From NCBI GenBank assembly GCA_051294375.1, contig CM119266.1, positions 16,486,087 to 16,550,086 on the forward strand: 64,000 nucleotides of DNA, in the 5' to 3' direction. The notes below the pieces were generated by a model. It ran no database searches. It saw only the letters and a list, made by a program, of their open reading frames with translations, and had not been told where the DNA came from. Source of the DNA: Paraspadella gotoi. Taxonomy: Eukaryota > Animalia > Chaetognatha. Below are positions 50,677-64,000 of this stretch, piece after piece. Every line of letters starts with the position of its first letter. The first letter of the stretch is position 1. Made by a program: the position numbers and the translations under genes.

Positions 50677-51493
50677 TTTTAGTCGGATCCCGACTCTATA
50701 ATTCACTTTGTCGGTCCGTCGGTCCGCCCCCTGAATCTAGTCGGGCTCTCACTTATATCATATCAGAACATCGAATTATGATAAATTATGCAAAAAAAAA
50801 TGATGTCCGTCCGTCCGTCTGAATGTCTGTCTGTCTGTCCATCCATCCGTTCGTTTGTCCCACCTTAGCAAAAAACACCAATTACTCGTGATTGGATTGC
50901 TGGATTGGAATGAAATTTTGTGCGTGGGTAAGGAAGTGTGTGATTGAGCTGGATATGAAGTTTTGATGGAATCGTCCGAGTGGAATTGAGTTTAAATGGA
51001 AAAAACAAAAAAATATATTTAACTATTTGAATACGAATTTCTCATGAGTGGATGAGGCGATTGACTTGAAATTTTGTATGTGGGTAGGAAAGTTTAAACT
51101 GGAAATCAAGTTTCGATGGAATCGCCTGAGTGGAAATGAGTTTAAATGGAAAAAACAAAAAACCTGTTTTACGAATTTCTTTTTCTTTATATATTAAATG
51201 TATATGCAAAATGTATTAATTAATCAAATAATTAACCAGTTAATTAATCAATTAGTCAATTAATTAATCAATAATTAAATAATCAGTCAATCAATTAAGT
51301 CAATCGTTAACGGCATTATTCTCATCGTCGTCATTGCTTTTGTCGTGGTTAGTGACGAAAAGACCTAAAAACAAACCTTTGGGATCAAATTAATTAATTG
51401 CCTAATTAAATAATTATTAAATATTTAATTATTAATTAATTAATTACCGATAATGATCGTGGGCAGATCCAACATTGTTTGCTCAAACTTGTT
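50677..51493 (+). mobile_element. Helentron-associated non-autonomous element (HINE/DINE-1-like), family 1; further copies, mostly reversed, at ~120-800, 1180-1705, 9161-9840, 13158-13650, 18905-20060, 22995-23560, 32335-32755
   Basis: 5' subterminal GTCGGATC(TGC) inverted repeat, GTCC/GTCT microsatellite, 3' complementary GCAGATCC(G/A)AC followed by a short GTTTG-CT-CAAAC hairpin, T-rich insertion sites, no TSD. Confidence 0.8.
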
Positions 51494-51759
51494 GACCGGA
51501 ATTTTCCCCTGGGGCGTTTATAAAGTGTGGTAGTCAGATTCGAAAGACAATCTCCATTGAAAAAATCTTCCTTAACTTCCAATAGCGACGAAGACTCCTA
51601 CCTTTATCCTTGGTGTGAAGTAACAAGTTGTATCGATTCCAGTAAATGTAGAAACTAGGGAGTTTTCTATGGAACTTAGCCTAATAACCTTAAAAACGTA
51701 CGAACAAACCAAAAACTTCTTAATGTTTATTGAACAGTGATCAATGAAGCCATGATTAA

Positions 51760-51924
51760 ATGTCGAAACTCGAAACAGCCACCAAAGCCAAAAATGCAAT
51801 GCCATTCGAGATTCCACGAATCCCTCTAAACCACCATAGTCATCAGTTCAACGACTCCCGGGAGAAAAAACTACTATACCAGCAATGTCCTCGTCGCGCC
51901 ACATTTAGCAACATGAAATCGGTT

Positions 51925-51969
<45 letters not shown>

Positions 51970-53761
51970 TTTCTCTCCTTACTGTCTGTCTGTTTTTCCT
52001 CTTTTCTTTCTTCATGAGCGCAAAATTAGTGCCAACTACAACAAATATATTCCATGACAACTCGTACTTAAAAATTTATTTTTATTAGGATGTCAGCGCC
52101 GACATAAATGTGGTACCAATAATAATAATAACTAACCTCACTTTATTTTATTTTAAAGAATATGAACAACTGTAATCCGAATGGAACGACAGAAAAACTA
52201 AGTGAATTATGTGGAAGCGTGCGTGACCGAAAATCCTTTATTAATTTGATAATCGCTGGACCTGTGGCCCTTGCATCTAGTTCCCTTGGCTTTCTCTTCG
52301 CTGAGTTATACGTAACTGCTATTTTATAATCCTTTTTACTTTTTTACGCAGATTGTTCGCGCTGACATTTAAAGGCACCGAGTCAGAAACTAAGAAACAA
52401 AAATGCCGTCGCTTTCTTCGGCGACGTGGAGCACGTACGCCGGAAAAACCATCGGCGCCGTGGCTGGCGTCAATCCGGCGATAAAAAACCGGATTCAGCG
52501 TCGAAATTCCATATCGACGCTGACCGGGAATCTTCCACGTCGCCCGTTCGTGCCTTAGCTGTCGGCATGATTTAAAAAATAAACAAAACAAACATACAGC
52601 TCAATTTACGACTTTGTTGATTTTTTTTTAAATAATGCTCAACTGAAAAACAAGAAGCCTTGTAAGGACTCCCATAGCTCCCTATCTCCCATTCGGCTCG
52701 AAGAGATGGCGCTTGACCGCTTCGCTTCCAAACTACCGACCTTTCGGTGCTGTCCCAACGCTACAGAATTTCTATGGGGCAAAATGGACAAACTTCGCGT
52801 AGACAATGTCACGGCGGCGCGAGCGCCGCGCCAACGTCGATCCGTCAGCCTCGAGTCTTCTTTGGATGTCATTAAAAAGGTGATTTGATCATCGGTGATT
52901 GCTTCCTTGGTTGCTTGGATTAATATACTTCCTATTATGTATTATGTAGTTTAGAAAAAGTATTGCGACGTCGATTTTTGTCACTCAAATAGAGTGGCAT
53001 TTTCTTGACTTTGATTTTCCGTATTCAGAAAAAATCCCCCGCAATTATGGGCGGTGACCATATTCGACTTGGCGTCGATGTTGCCCTCAACAACGCCTCA
53101 AACGACGACACCGCCAACATCGACGCCGTCGAGAGAAGCCGCCTTTCGAGCGATCTACGGGGCGACTACGGTCTCACGAGCGAAACACCAGCATCGACAG
53201 GAACGAAGACGACGACGCTGACGACGTCAAGGCAGACAGCGACTTCGGAACCTTTGGACTTAGACGTTCAAAACTCGGTAAATTAAGAAAATTTTGCTCA
53301 TTTGACAGCTAATATTACATTAAATTTAGAACGTTATTTCAGATATAAGAAAAACACTTTTTAAAATATACATTTTACTATCCTGACAAGAATTGGCAAA
53401 TATTTAAAACGCGTAGGTGACGATTGATAAATGATATATACCGGAAGAGAGAGAGAGAGAGAAAAAAGATAAAAGAGCCAAAAAGGAAAAAAAAATATGT
53501 TCTTATACTATAATTCGAATTTTCAGAGTAACGATAATACGGGTTACGATTTGACTCTTGGCGATGACGGTTGCGAGTTGACCCTTGAAGGCGACGAGCG
53601 AGACAGGGATGCGGAGACAACTCTGCGCGACGTCGGCGGCGGAGGACGCTTTGTCAGCCTAAGGTTGTTAGTCTGTAGATGCCATTCAGGATCGCGAATC
53701 TAATATTTAAACGGTCATTATTTTTTCCCGAAAATCGTTAGGAAGTTAGGAAAAAAAATCT

Positions 53762-53845
<84 letters not shown>

Positions 53846-56800
53846 AATAAATGACAGCTTAAGCCTCTGTTGATCGACCCTGCAATCCTTCAGTTCTGTC
53901 CTGGTAATCGTGTTTTATCTCCATGATTTAATTTTGAAACTTATTCGATGGAAAAATAGCATGATTTTTAGTTCATATAAGTAATTAACTAGAAGTTGTA
54001 TCACGACCAGAAATAGAATGATAATCTTGAAACAAAATCTCAAATCAAAATAAAAGTCAAAACTGAAAAATATATTATTATATAAAGAAGTAAAGAAAAT
54101 AATTGAGGAAAAAGAAATATGGAAAGAGTAAGAAAACAATAAAAAGCGAGCCTGATTCGGAAAAAGGACATAGAATAGCCTAAATGTAGAATTCTACATG
54201 GCCAAAAAACTGAAAAGTTGCACGAATAAGCATCCGTGGAATTATTTTAGCATTTACTTTTGCTTGTGGTTTTCCGCTTGGATGCATTCTGAATCCGATT
54301 AAATTATTGAAGGAAAGTTAGGATTAAAAGAGAGAGCGAACGAGAAAGAAGAGAAAAAAATGCCAAATTTAGCATGTTGCAAAACTAGAGCGTTTTCTTT
54401 GAGAACCTTCGTAGCAATTTCATTTGTTTTGGTTAGTCTAGTTTTTATTAAAAAAAAAAAAATTTAAAAATACGCTTTGCCGCAACAACACCACGAGTGT
54501 TCCTCAGTCGCAACTGGCGTAAAATTCTGAATAATCTGCAAAATTTAGACTGAGAGCATATTTACTCGTTATAAAGTAGCGAAAAAAATGAAATAATATT
54601 TAAATGGAAATAATAAGCGTAAATACTTCAAATTTAAAACAAGAAACCTTCCAGTCTTTTAAGCCGCGAACAAAGGACGCGAAAGCTCAACCGCGCGGCC
54701 CGCTTTTCTTCAGGAATCTCAAATTGCGTTTGCAACGTTACCGAGGGCCGTCGACGAAAGACCCCAATTCTCCGACGCCGACCAATTCGTCTTCCAACAG
54801 ATCATCAGGTTGAGAAGTTGTTCTAAATTAAATTACAGTGAATATTCAGAAAAAAAATGATTAAATATCTATGTTGTTAAATTTAACATGTTCATTATGT
54901 ACAGCAATTTGGTGGCAAGAGAGTTTCATTTCAAAAAAAATTGAGTGACAAAATTTTCACGAAAATTTAGACAAAAGATTTAGTTTTTTTTAATTAAGAG
55001 TCGACAAATTTGCTTTACTGGGAATTTGTTCCTACCAGACGCCAAAGAAACGTCTTCTGCACAAGCAAAGAAGCCGCTTAATCGCGGTGCCGTCAACAAG
55101 AACGAGGATAGTGGCTACGCCCACTCGCGGCAGCAGGGTCGGAGGGAAGAAGGTCGTAGAGGCGCCCCAACGAAGAGCGGCGGCTTGGGCAACTGTGTCA
55201 GTGACGACGCCGAGGGTCACCTCAGATACAAACAGGGAGACGTCTTGCAGGTCTGAGCGCGAGGGAGACGATTTGTTGCTGAGAAAAATTGGTGCAAGTA
55301 AGAAAAAAGACTGACTTCGGCTTGTTGCAAGGATTGAACTCTTAAGCAAGAAGCAGTACGGAAATACAATCTAAAAATTGTTTGAAGTGAGGTTGTTTTC
55401 CTTTCGTTACGTTGTTCGGTCTCTGAAAGAAATTTCATTTACGAACGAAAAGAAAAAAAATCTTCAATCATAATCTGTCCGTTTTATTGGTTCCCTTTAC
55501 TTCATTTCTTTGTTCGAAATATTTTTTTTTTGGGTAAAAATTGAACTACTTTCGGTTTTATGTGTGAATTGTTATTGAAAGAATTTCGGTCCTGATGAAA
55601 TCCGCACACTGGCATTTTTATCATCACAACTTTCGTAGAACGGATAACGTGACCCGCAATTTTTGAGCTCTTTGCGACTCCTCCCTTCTACCACTTGTCC
55701 CACCGCAGTCCCGCTACGAAATTTCCTGCCTACTCGGCGAAGGAACTTTCGGCAAAGTCATAGAGGTCGTCGACCGGAAGTGGGACTCCTCTTCCTCTTC
55801 TTCCACTGCTGACGAACCCGGGGTCGGCGCCCGGCGTCGTCGCGTGGCGCTCAAGGTAAAAAAGAGAGAAAAAGTAAACAAACCCTCCGCCAAAAAAAAA
55901 AGAAATAAAAAGCAAAAGCAATTGTCATGTGTGGTAACTTTATTATTAAAAGCTCTCGTTTGATAGAATTCCATCAGACCGAATTAAATTCGTCGTATCT
56001 GACATTAATAATAATACTCTGAGTGTAAAGCTCGAACGTGTGATTTTGAAGTTCACAGTCGATATTATAGTTCCTGTACGTCTAATACTATTAGTAATAG
56101 ATATAGTTAGATATATAGAATAGACAGAATTGCTAACTTTGCATACCTACAATTGTGTTAAGTTACCGTAGAGATTGTGTGACAAATAATGAATAACTCT
56201 GGAGAGCGATATCAATGTTTTTTCACATATTTACGCGCGAAGGTAATCAAAAACGTCGAGAAATACCGGGAGGCGGCGAAACTTGAGATCAATGTACTGG
56301 AAAAGTTGGGGGAGGCGGATCCCGACCGGAGATTCCTCTGCGTGCGTATGCTAGACTGGTTCGATCTCCACGGACACATCTGCATCGCCTTCGACCTTCT
56401 TGGCGTCAGCGTTTTCGATTTCATGAAGGAGAACAACTATCACCCTTACCCGTTGGACCAGGTGAGGAAAAAAATACTTGACATCCGATGAAAAATGTTT
56501 GGGGTCGTTGTATGATAAATTTTTCTATTTCTTTAACATGAGACATTTAACTTTTTCAAAAGGTTCGTCATATCGCTTACCAGCTGTGTTACGCTGTCAA
56601 ATTCCTTCATGACTGTCATTTGACTCACACTGATCTCAAACCGGAGAACATCCTCTTTGTCCGTTCCGACTACGACGTGTCGTGCGACGCCCGCGGCAAC
56701 GTCTTCAAGCGCGCTCGATACAGTGACGTCCGTCTCATCGACTTCGGATCGGCTACTTTTGACCACGAACACCATTCAACGATCGTTTCCACGCGCCATT

Positions 56801-57384
56801 ACCGCGCTCCAGAAGTCATCCTCGAGCTCGGATGGACTCACCCCTGCGATGTGTGGAGCCTCGGCTGCATCGTGTTCGAGCTCCACCAGGGCGTCACCCT
56901 CTTCCAAACGCACGATAACCGGGAGCACCTGGCGATGATGGAGCAGGTGGTGGGCGCCATGCCGGCCAAGCTGGCGAAGCGATGCCATCGAAAGGCCAAA
57001 TACTTCAAACACGGCCATTTGGATTGGGACGAGAACACTCCCGCGGGCCGTTACGTGCGGGAGACGTGCCGGTCGCTAGAATCCTGCGCCGTTGTCGACT
57101 CCAGTGTGATGGAGCCGAGGATGGCGTTGGGATTGTGCGCCAAAGCGGCTCTGGAGGGGTCACCCGTAACGACCTCCTCCAAGATGAAATCAAAGGACGG
57201 AGAACCATCACCATACGAAGGATGGGACCCAAACGAAGAACCCGCTGATCGGAAGCATCTCGTTGAACTCATTCAAAAGATGCTTACGTTTTTGGCAGAG
57301 GAGCGAATAGAACTCGGCAAAGCCTTGGAACATCATTTCTTCGAAAAGCTCAAAAAGGAGCAAAAGTTACATCTCATGCCCTGA
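51760..57384 (+). CDS. CLK: LAMMER dual-specificity kinase (CLK/Doa family); secure kinase exons 55039-55250, 55709-55855, 56243-56461, 56563-57384; disordered N-terminal exons from ~51760 are tentative
   Basis: DDAEGHL..GDVLQ|[14 protein letters not shown]; VALK|[19 protein letters not shown]; [11 protein letters not shown]; [23 protein letters not shown]; [13 protein letters not shown]. Confidence 0.95.
53766..53844. repeat. (GA)n microsatellite; similar CT/GA tracts at 41835-41864, 43509-43548, 51930-51961, 62358-62434
   Basis: Directly visible. Confidence 0.97.
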
Positions 57385-60300
57385 CATTTCTGAGGGACGA
57401 GGCCAGTTGACATCGGAATATTTAAAAATAATCCTGGTTAAAGTTTAACGTTTAAAAAACTACTTGCCGGCTTTTTCCTTCGCTCGAATCAAAGGTAAAC
57501 GTATATCTACGTATTCGGTAATATAACTCGCAGTTTTGTGCGATAACAAAATTAAATAAAACAAGAAACTCTAAAATGGCTGATTAGCACTCATACTTAA
57601 AGTTATGTTTGAGGACAAGCTATGCTTGCTATCTGTTGCTGTGATCTCAAAGGTAGACATATTATTTTTATGTTGTGGACATTGATTTGCTTAAATAGCA
57701 TAGTTCTCTGACAATAATTCCAAATTTTGATTTAAATTTTGCCTCATTTTAGAGAAAAAAATTATTTTAGAAAATCAATATCCGCGGAGTTTCTTGTTCA
57801 AGTTACAAATCGCACTTTGAAACCAAGTTATCCGTATATTTATTCCCAACAAAAGAATTTTGTAACCCATGTGCCATTAAAGATAATTAACCATTACAAA
57901 TTAAGGAAGAATCATAAATATATATTTATATGCGTAAGATATACATTATACATCTAGTTACTTTTTAATTACATCGCGTACAGGTTTCAATATATATTCT
58001 ACATGCAGTTTATCAATATATTGATTAATGCTAATTTCAACCATCTCTCGTGATTGTAAAAAAAATTCAGAAATTATCGTCCTACGATCGGGCATCAAGA
58101 AAATTTTAAGCCGGTATCAATGATACACTGATGCAACACAATATATAAAGTAAAATTATTGTTTTTTTCCTAATCGTTTTGAACTATTTTAAACGATTGA
58201 TTAATATTTTGTCTCTGAAATGGAGAAAATCCTGCCAGGTTCATGCCACCAAAGTTTGTTTTGGAGTACATTATTACCACTTAGAAGCAAAACCTTTAAA
58301 TCTCTGACGGACCGAAAAGAAACGTTGCTCTTTCGCCATTTAAAATATCTACCATGAATTTTGTTTCTCCGATATCCGCGAGCGAATCGGGTTCAGTCGT
58401 CCGATCTCGATTCGATCGAGGGAAGATCGAAATTAGAAAAAACCAAAAACGATTTTGGAAAAGAAATGTTTTGGCGTCGTTGGAATAATCATTTTCTGAT
58501 ATTCAAAAGGTTAGAGATTGAACAACTTGATTTTAGCGTTATCAACGAATGGATCATTTCAGAAAAAAAAAAAATCAAAATTTGAACTTTTTTAAAGGTT
58601 TGGTCATAAAAATAGTTTATCGGTACCTACAAAATATAGATTATTTCTCATCTGTTAAAACCTGCTTACAAAGCATATCTAATTCACAGCTATTTTTCAG
58701 TGTACAATTTAATAATGCGTAATGTTCAAATTTAGTATTAATAATTAATAAAAAAATAGGAATAAAAATTAAGAAATTGAGAAAAAAAGATGAGGAATTT
58801 ATTCACAGATTATATCCATATAGCTTTTTTTTAGGTTCTATAAAAATGGATAGTATAACCTCGGCCTGTTTTATGCCGCTATAAATATTTTTAAACTAGG
58901 ATTACTTCATTCACAATTATCCAAAACCATGAAATTTTACCTCACGAATTTTTAATTGTTGGCACGTTTCTTTGCGGACGAATAATTTACGTTGTTCGGT
59001 TTTTACGCTCTGTGAAATGGAATGTTTTGAATACTTCTGAGTATTCATTGGTTGCTTGCACAAGACGATTTAGATATATATTTTAGATAAGCCTCCGTCT
59101 AAAAACATGCAGATGTTTGTTAAAAAAATTGTTTTCTGTTGATTTACTCTTGATTTTCACATATTCTAAAAAACCGCTAAATATTGTGTGTTCTTTTAAA
59201 CCTGTTTTCCTCTATAGCAATGACTTTGGTCCACTCGAGAGAATATCTTGTGTCATATGTTATAAAACATCTTCCTATCTAATATTGAAGCTTGCTAACC
59301 ATGTTCACTATCAAACCCAATTCGTAACATATCAAAAACCTTACACTCAAATTGGTTTGAATGGGTGTCACTGCCTTTATTGACAGAGTTGACGTTTTGT
59401 GCCATTCATGCTCACACCCAAGAAATGCCACTTAGTTGTTACCTTATTCAAATTGATCCAAACTCACAGTTAGTTCAATATTTGAAAATGACTTTTGTTG
59501 TATCACTCGGAATGGAACCACTGTTTAATTCAAAAACAAAATAGTTGCCTCAATAAATCGTCATACAATGAATTTTTTTAAATTTCATTATTTCGTTGGT
59601 AGATCTCTAGCTAAATTTAGTAAAAACATATTTGATTAAGCAAGTTATGATTCTTACAAGTATATTTGACTCAAGACGCATCTTCTCTTTTTATCTTAAA
59701 CAAAAAGAATCAGGAACCCTTTTTTTTCTTATCGAAATGACATGAAAAATATATAAAACATCGTCTTCTTTGAATTACTTAGGCTTTTCATCATAAGAAA
59801 TTTTGTTCGAAATCAAAGGTTTCAGTTTATCCCACGAGAGAATTAACTTGAATTGAACAAACGGAAAAAGAACAAAATAGCAATTAAGTAGTTTTGGAAA
59901 ATAAAATTTATTATTGACTCTATGATATATCCAATCTATTATCCAATCTTAAAGCTAAGACGCTTATCAAATACTTTCTCGCCTTTTTAAGCCTTTTTCA
60001 TTGTAGCAATTCAATGAATTTTGCCACTCGCTTGAGCTCGACATTGCAGCCCAGATGGCATACGTATTGAGTGCAATGATATTCTCCTCTTACCAGGCGG
60101 CCACTGTGATTAGGCGGTGTCAGAATATTCAATATATTCACCACTGAAAGGCCCGGACGTAAAATAAATTTAAGAATTTTAAACAAAAGGGGGGTAATTC
60201 CTTCAGCCTGTATGTCACTCATCTAGTTTATTTAAGTACTATCTCGCTGAAAACTGATGATGCTAAATTTAGCCTTAATCAAGTTGTATCAGAGTAAAAG

Positions 60301-61739
60301 AAAATATGTCCGAGAGCCTCTTTTATTACTTTTTAAGAGATTATTTACCCGATTAATAAATTTCTATATAATATTTTAAAATAATTCAAGAATTTACTTC
60401 GAACTTTTTAATTTACTGTAATCGTATTGAAAAAAAAATGGTGAAACATAAAAAGTGCGTGAAACTTCAAGCAAATTAATTTTAAATACAGGACATTGCA
60501 AACCAGAACATTTAACTTTAAAGATGATCTTTGTCTATGATACTTGTTTCAGATTGACCAAAACGCTTTTCCTTTACGTGGTGAAGAAAAATCCGAAAAC
60601 TGAAAAAATTCACATAAGAGTGATGGAGGCCTTAAATCACCAAAGCTCGTCCAAAGTCAGGGGCAAGATAGCTTAGTTATTAAATGAATGGATAATTTTA
60701 TATTGGTTGTACCAATTTCTTAATCAATATACTGTATGAGAAAAGCGTACATTGTGTTACAAGTGTGATTACTTATGCGATATTACTTATGCGTGTCTTG
60801 AGTCAAAAAGATTAAAACGCTTTAAAAATGTTTCATCGCTATGTAAAAAAAAAGGAATTACATTACATTTTATTAATGTTATCGGCAAATATTTCACATT
60901 TTAAAAAAAATACGTTTTTTAAATAATATTTTTAATAAGCTCTAAGCGTAGTCAATGAAAAGAGATCTTTTTTAGTTTAAAAGCCGCGCAATTCTCAACG
61001 ATTTTATTGTAACTGTTTGAAAAGAATGATAATTCATGAAAATAAATACCATGGAAACATTGATTTTTTAAAATTAAATTAGATATGTTCGAACAACACT
61101 GTGGAATTATTGCATTTAAGAAAATCCGGTTTAGCAGAAGATTCCATCATCAATTAGGGGCGTTTTACGTGAAGCAGTCTTCCACTGTTAAAATAAATAT
61201 TCAGAAATCATTTGAGAATTCGAGGCTGGTAGCCTGGTAAAATAATGTTTAAAAAACTGATGTTTTATGGATAATAGTCAGGATAGATAGGATAATTAGA
61301 CATACAGTATGTATGTTAAGGAAAGCCCTGCAGTAACAGTTTTAAGTGTTTAATCTTGAATCTCAATTCTTAGTTTTTTTCTCTTTTTTATTTCCTTTTA
61401 TTCCCGCTTTTACAGTTCCACCTTCCATTCAAAACTTTAGTTTCCTACGTATGTGTTGATAGTTTTATTTCACTAAACTTACTGAAACTTACTAAAACTA
61501 AAACTTATGTTAAGCCAAGTGACTTTTTTACGCATAAATTTATGCATTTGCCAACTTTTCACAAATCGATTTCTCGTGTATCTTAAACTGTTACTGTTAG
61601 TATATTGGTCGTTGGTGAAGAGGCGAGTACCTGCTTTACATTGTTTTTCTGAAGTTGCGAGTCTGAAAGATTTTGTTTATTTCGTTATTTATCAATAATA
61701 TGGGTATTGGGTTCGATATAAACAAAAAAAAAAAAAAAA

Positions 61740-62354
61740 TTACCATTTGAAGCTTCCATGGCCTCCATTGCTGCGTTGGCTTCCGCACGTTCTAATTGAA
61801 GCGACATCGTGCGCACCTTGTCCGACCAATACTCGCTGCTTTGCTGAAGCTGAAGAGACAACTAACGAGAAAAAAAAAAGAATTATCAAGCGAAATTGAA
61901 ATGGGGATTTCCCTATATGAGGCACGTTTCCTTGACAACGTTATTAACAAATACCTCGCCGACGCGATGGATCCAATAAGCTTTGTCTTTGTTGTCGAAG
62001 TCATCGACGACGACTCCCAGTTTGAGGGCAGCCGTCTCCGACCGCGGCTGGAAACACCGAGATTACACCGTTTAATTAATCGAGTTAATCATTTAAAAAA
62101 AAAAGTTTTTGAAAATGTAGACTTAGACTTAACTATTGCCTCCCGTAAGAGTCGCTGCATTGATTCTAATTAATCTAATTATTATTGTAGTATTAAAATA
62201 TTAGTTATTTGCATCGTGTCTAAAGCGGAGACTGCGCTCACGACGGCGAGGGTTAAAACAATCGCATTTTACCCTCGAGAATGAGTCTCAGGCTCTCTCT
62301 CTCTCTCTTTAGGGGCACAATGTAGCCCAAAGCCCGTCTCTTAATACAATTCAA

Positions 62355-62438
<84 letters not shown>

Positions 62439-63670
62439 CCAATAAAGAAAGCAAAGAGAATGATGGACTGAAAGAGAAGGAGAGGGATTAATTAACCTTT
62501 AAAGAAGACGGAGCCTTTTCCTTATTCCAGGGACTTTTGTTTTCCTTTCCTTCTCGAACGGAGCCACTGTAGGCTGAGTCGGAAAACCGATCCGCCTCCT
62601 GTCGGTAAAAAAGGAAAAAAATTCGGATTCATTAAAATTGAAGAGATAGAGTGAGCGAGTGAGTGAGTAAGAGAGTTAGAGTGTGTGAGTGAGTGAGTGA
62701 GAGAGAGAGAGTTAGAGATAGAGTGAGTTAGTGAGTGAGTGAGTGACAGATAGAGTGTGTGAGTGAGTGAGTGAGAGAGAAAGAGAGATCGATCACCCAC
62801 CCCGTTGATTTCTAGCTTCTCAACCTCGAGAAGTCTCTCTCTTTCCGAAGCTTCGGAAAATCTGGCGCTGGAGGCTTCGCGGGTGGCGCCACCCGACGGT
62901 GGCGAAGGAGATCGACTGAGCGAGAATCCGCGCATGCTTTGGATTTGGTGGCGAGGGGGATGTCAAAGATAATCGTCATTAAGCGGCATTAATAAAATAA
63001 TAAGTTAATAAAATAATAAGTAATAAATAGTGTCTCTTACCTTTCCAATTGTTTCTCCATTTCGCGCATGGTCTCCTCCTTTCCTTCAGATTCCATCCGA
63101 AGTCGCGTCTTTTGTTTTCCGTGTTCCTCGTTGCGATCTTCCGCCGCCAGTGGCGTCTTGCGCGGAGAATCTAATTGATTCGTTCTCAATCGATTAAATT
63201 CATTCCTCATTATCAGTATCGAACGTATAACCAAAGTCTTCTCGCTATATAACCTATATAACACTATATAACCTCCCTCGTTGACTTACTCTTGCCCGTT
63301 GTTCCCATCGGCAGCGCCAATGAGGTCACATTCTCCATTTGATCCAAAACGTCTTCTAAAACGTCCATCAGACATTTGATGATGTCGTCGTTCGTCGTGC
63401 TTTGACTTCGAAGCGCACGGCTAAGTTCGGAGCTGGATGCAATTGCAAGCGATTCGAACGAATGATTGAGTATTTAATAAACCAACGACCGCCGCTTACA
63501 CTCTTTTCTTGATGCTTTTCCTCAGATCTTTAAGGTGGAACTTGATGTTTTCTCCCATTTCCGCCGCCATTTTGAGTCGCCGCGTTTCCGCCGTCTTTTC
63601 TTCCAGCGTCGCCATCGTCATTTGCAAATTGGATTCGATTTCCTTCGCGCCCGACTCGAGCTCTCTGTCG
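61740..63670 (-). CDS. 3' exons of an unidentified coiled-coil/low-complexity protein whose 5' end lies right of the window
   Basis: Series of GC-rich blocks between apparent splice sites (~63500-63665, 63290-63440, 63041-63170, 62800-62945, 62497-62600, 61900-62060) encoding charged helical peptides such as RELESGAKEIESNLQMTMATLEEKTAETRRLK. The last exon and stop codon are uncertain. Confidence 0.55.
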
Positions 63671-64000
63671 AAAAAAACAAACAAAAAAAAACCAAAACAA
63701 AAAACAAAAACAAAAAGGAATAAAAAAGAAAAGAGAAATAAATAAATTAATAAATTTCAAAATCGTTGGGGAAAATTGAGGAACGCGCAGTGGGAAAAAG
63801 CAAATATTAATTGTTTTTTATAAAACTCAAAGCAAAAAAAATAAAAAATTAAAAAGAATATTATAATTCTCCTAAGATACTGTTGTAATTTTGATTGCCT
63901 GTTCAATGTACAAATGAGGCTTTGATAATGATATATAAACACAATTCAGAAATAAAATGCTTTCTTGACCATGAGGATAAGTTCCCACATAGTATGACAT

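Noticed and set aside
56533-57272. Several ORFs overlapping the CLK last exon
   Set aside because: Shadow frames of a GC-rich coding exon.
58360-61000. Possible decayed transposon or pseudogene
   Set aside because: I could not establish termini or a recognisable protein motif by eye.

Overview
AT-rich, intron-containing eukaryotic DNA, most likely an invertebrate animal with TTAGGG-type telomeric repeats; the species cannot be identified from the sequence. Minus-strand genes, left to right: a 26/29-kDa cathepsin-L-like protease (3' end outside the window), a poorly defined unknown gene, a two-exon Grindelwald/TNFR-like membrane protein, CGRRF1, MLYCD and THUMPD1. A plus-strand LAMMER kinase (CLK/Doa) follows, then the 3' part of an unknown minus-strand coiled-coil gene. 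Introns and intergenic DNA are filled with nested non-autonomous elements: Helentron/DINE-1-like HINEs, hAT, Tc1, a Ginger-like MITE and telomere-repeat MITEs. The best leads are (1) a miniature LTR retrotransposon (TRIM) whose LTRs carry a tRNA-Gly-like Pol III module, (2) a dispersed family of short elements with minimal hammerhead ribozymes, often in inverted pairs, (3) a ~2-kb palindrome of telomere-dimer minisatellite, and (4) an unexplained, heavily base-paired ~1.2-kb non-coding region upstream of THUMPD1. All coordinates and family assignments were read by eye, with no database searches.
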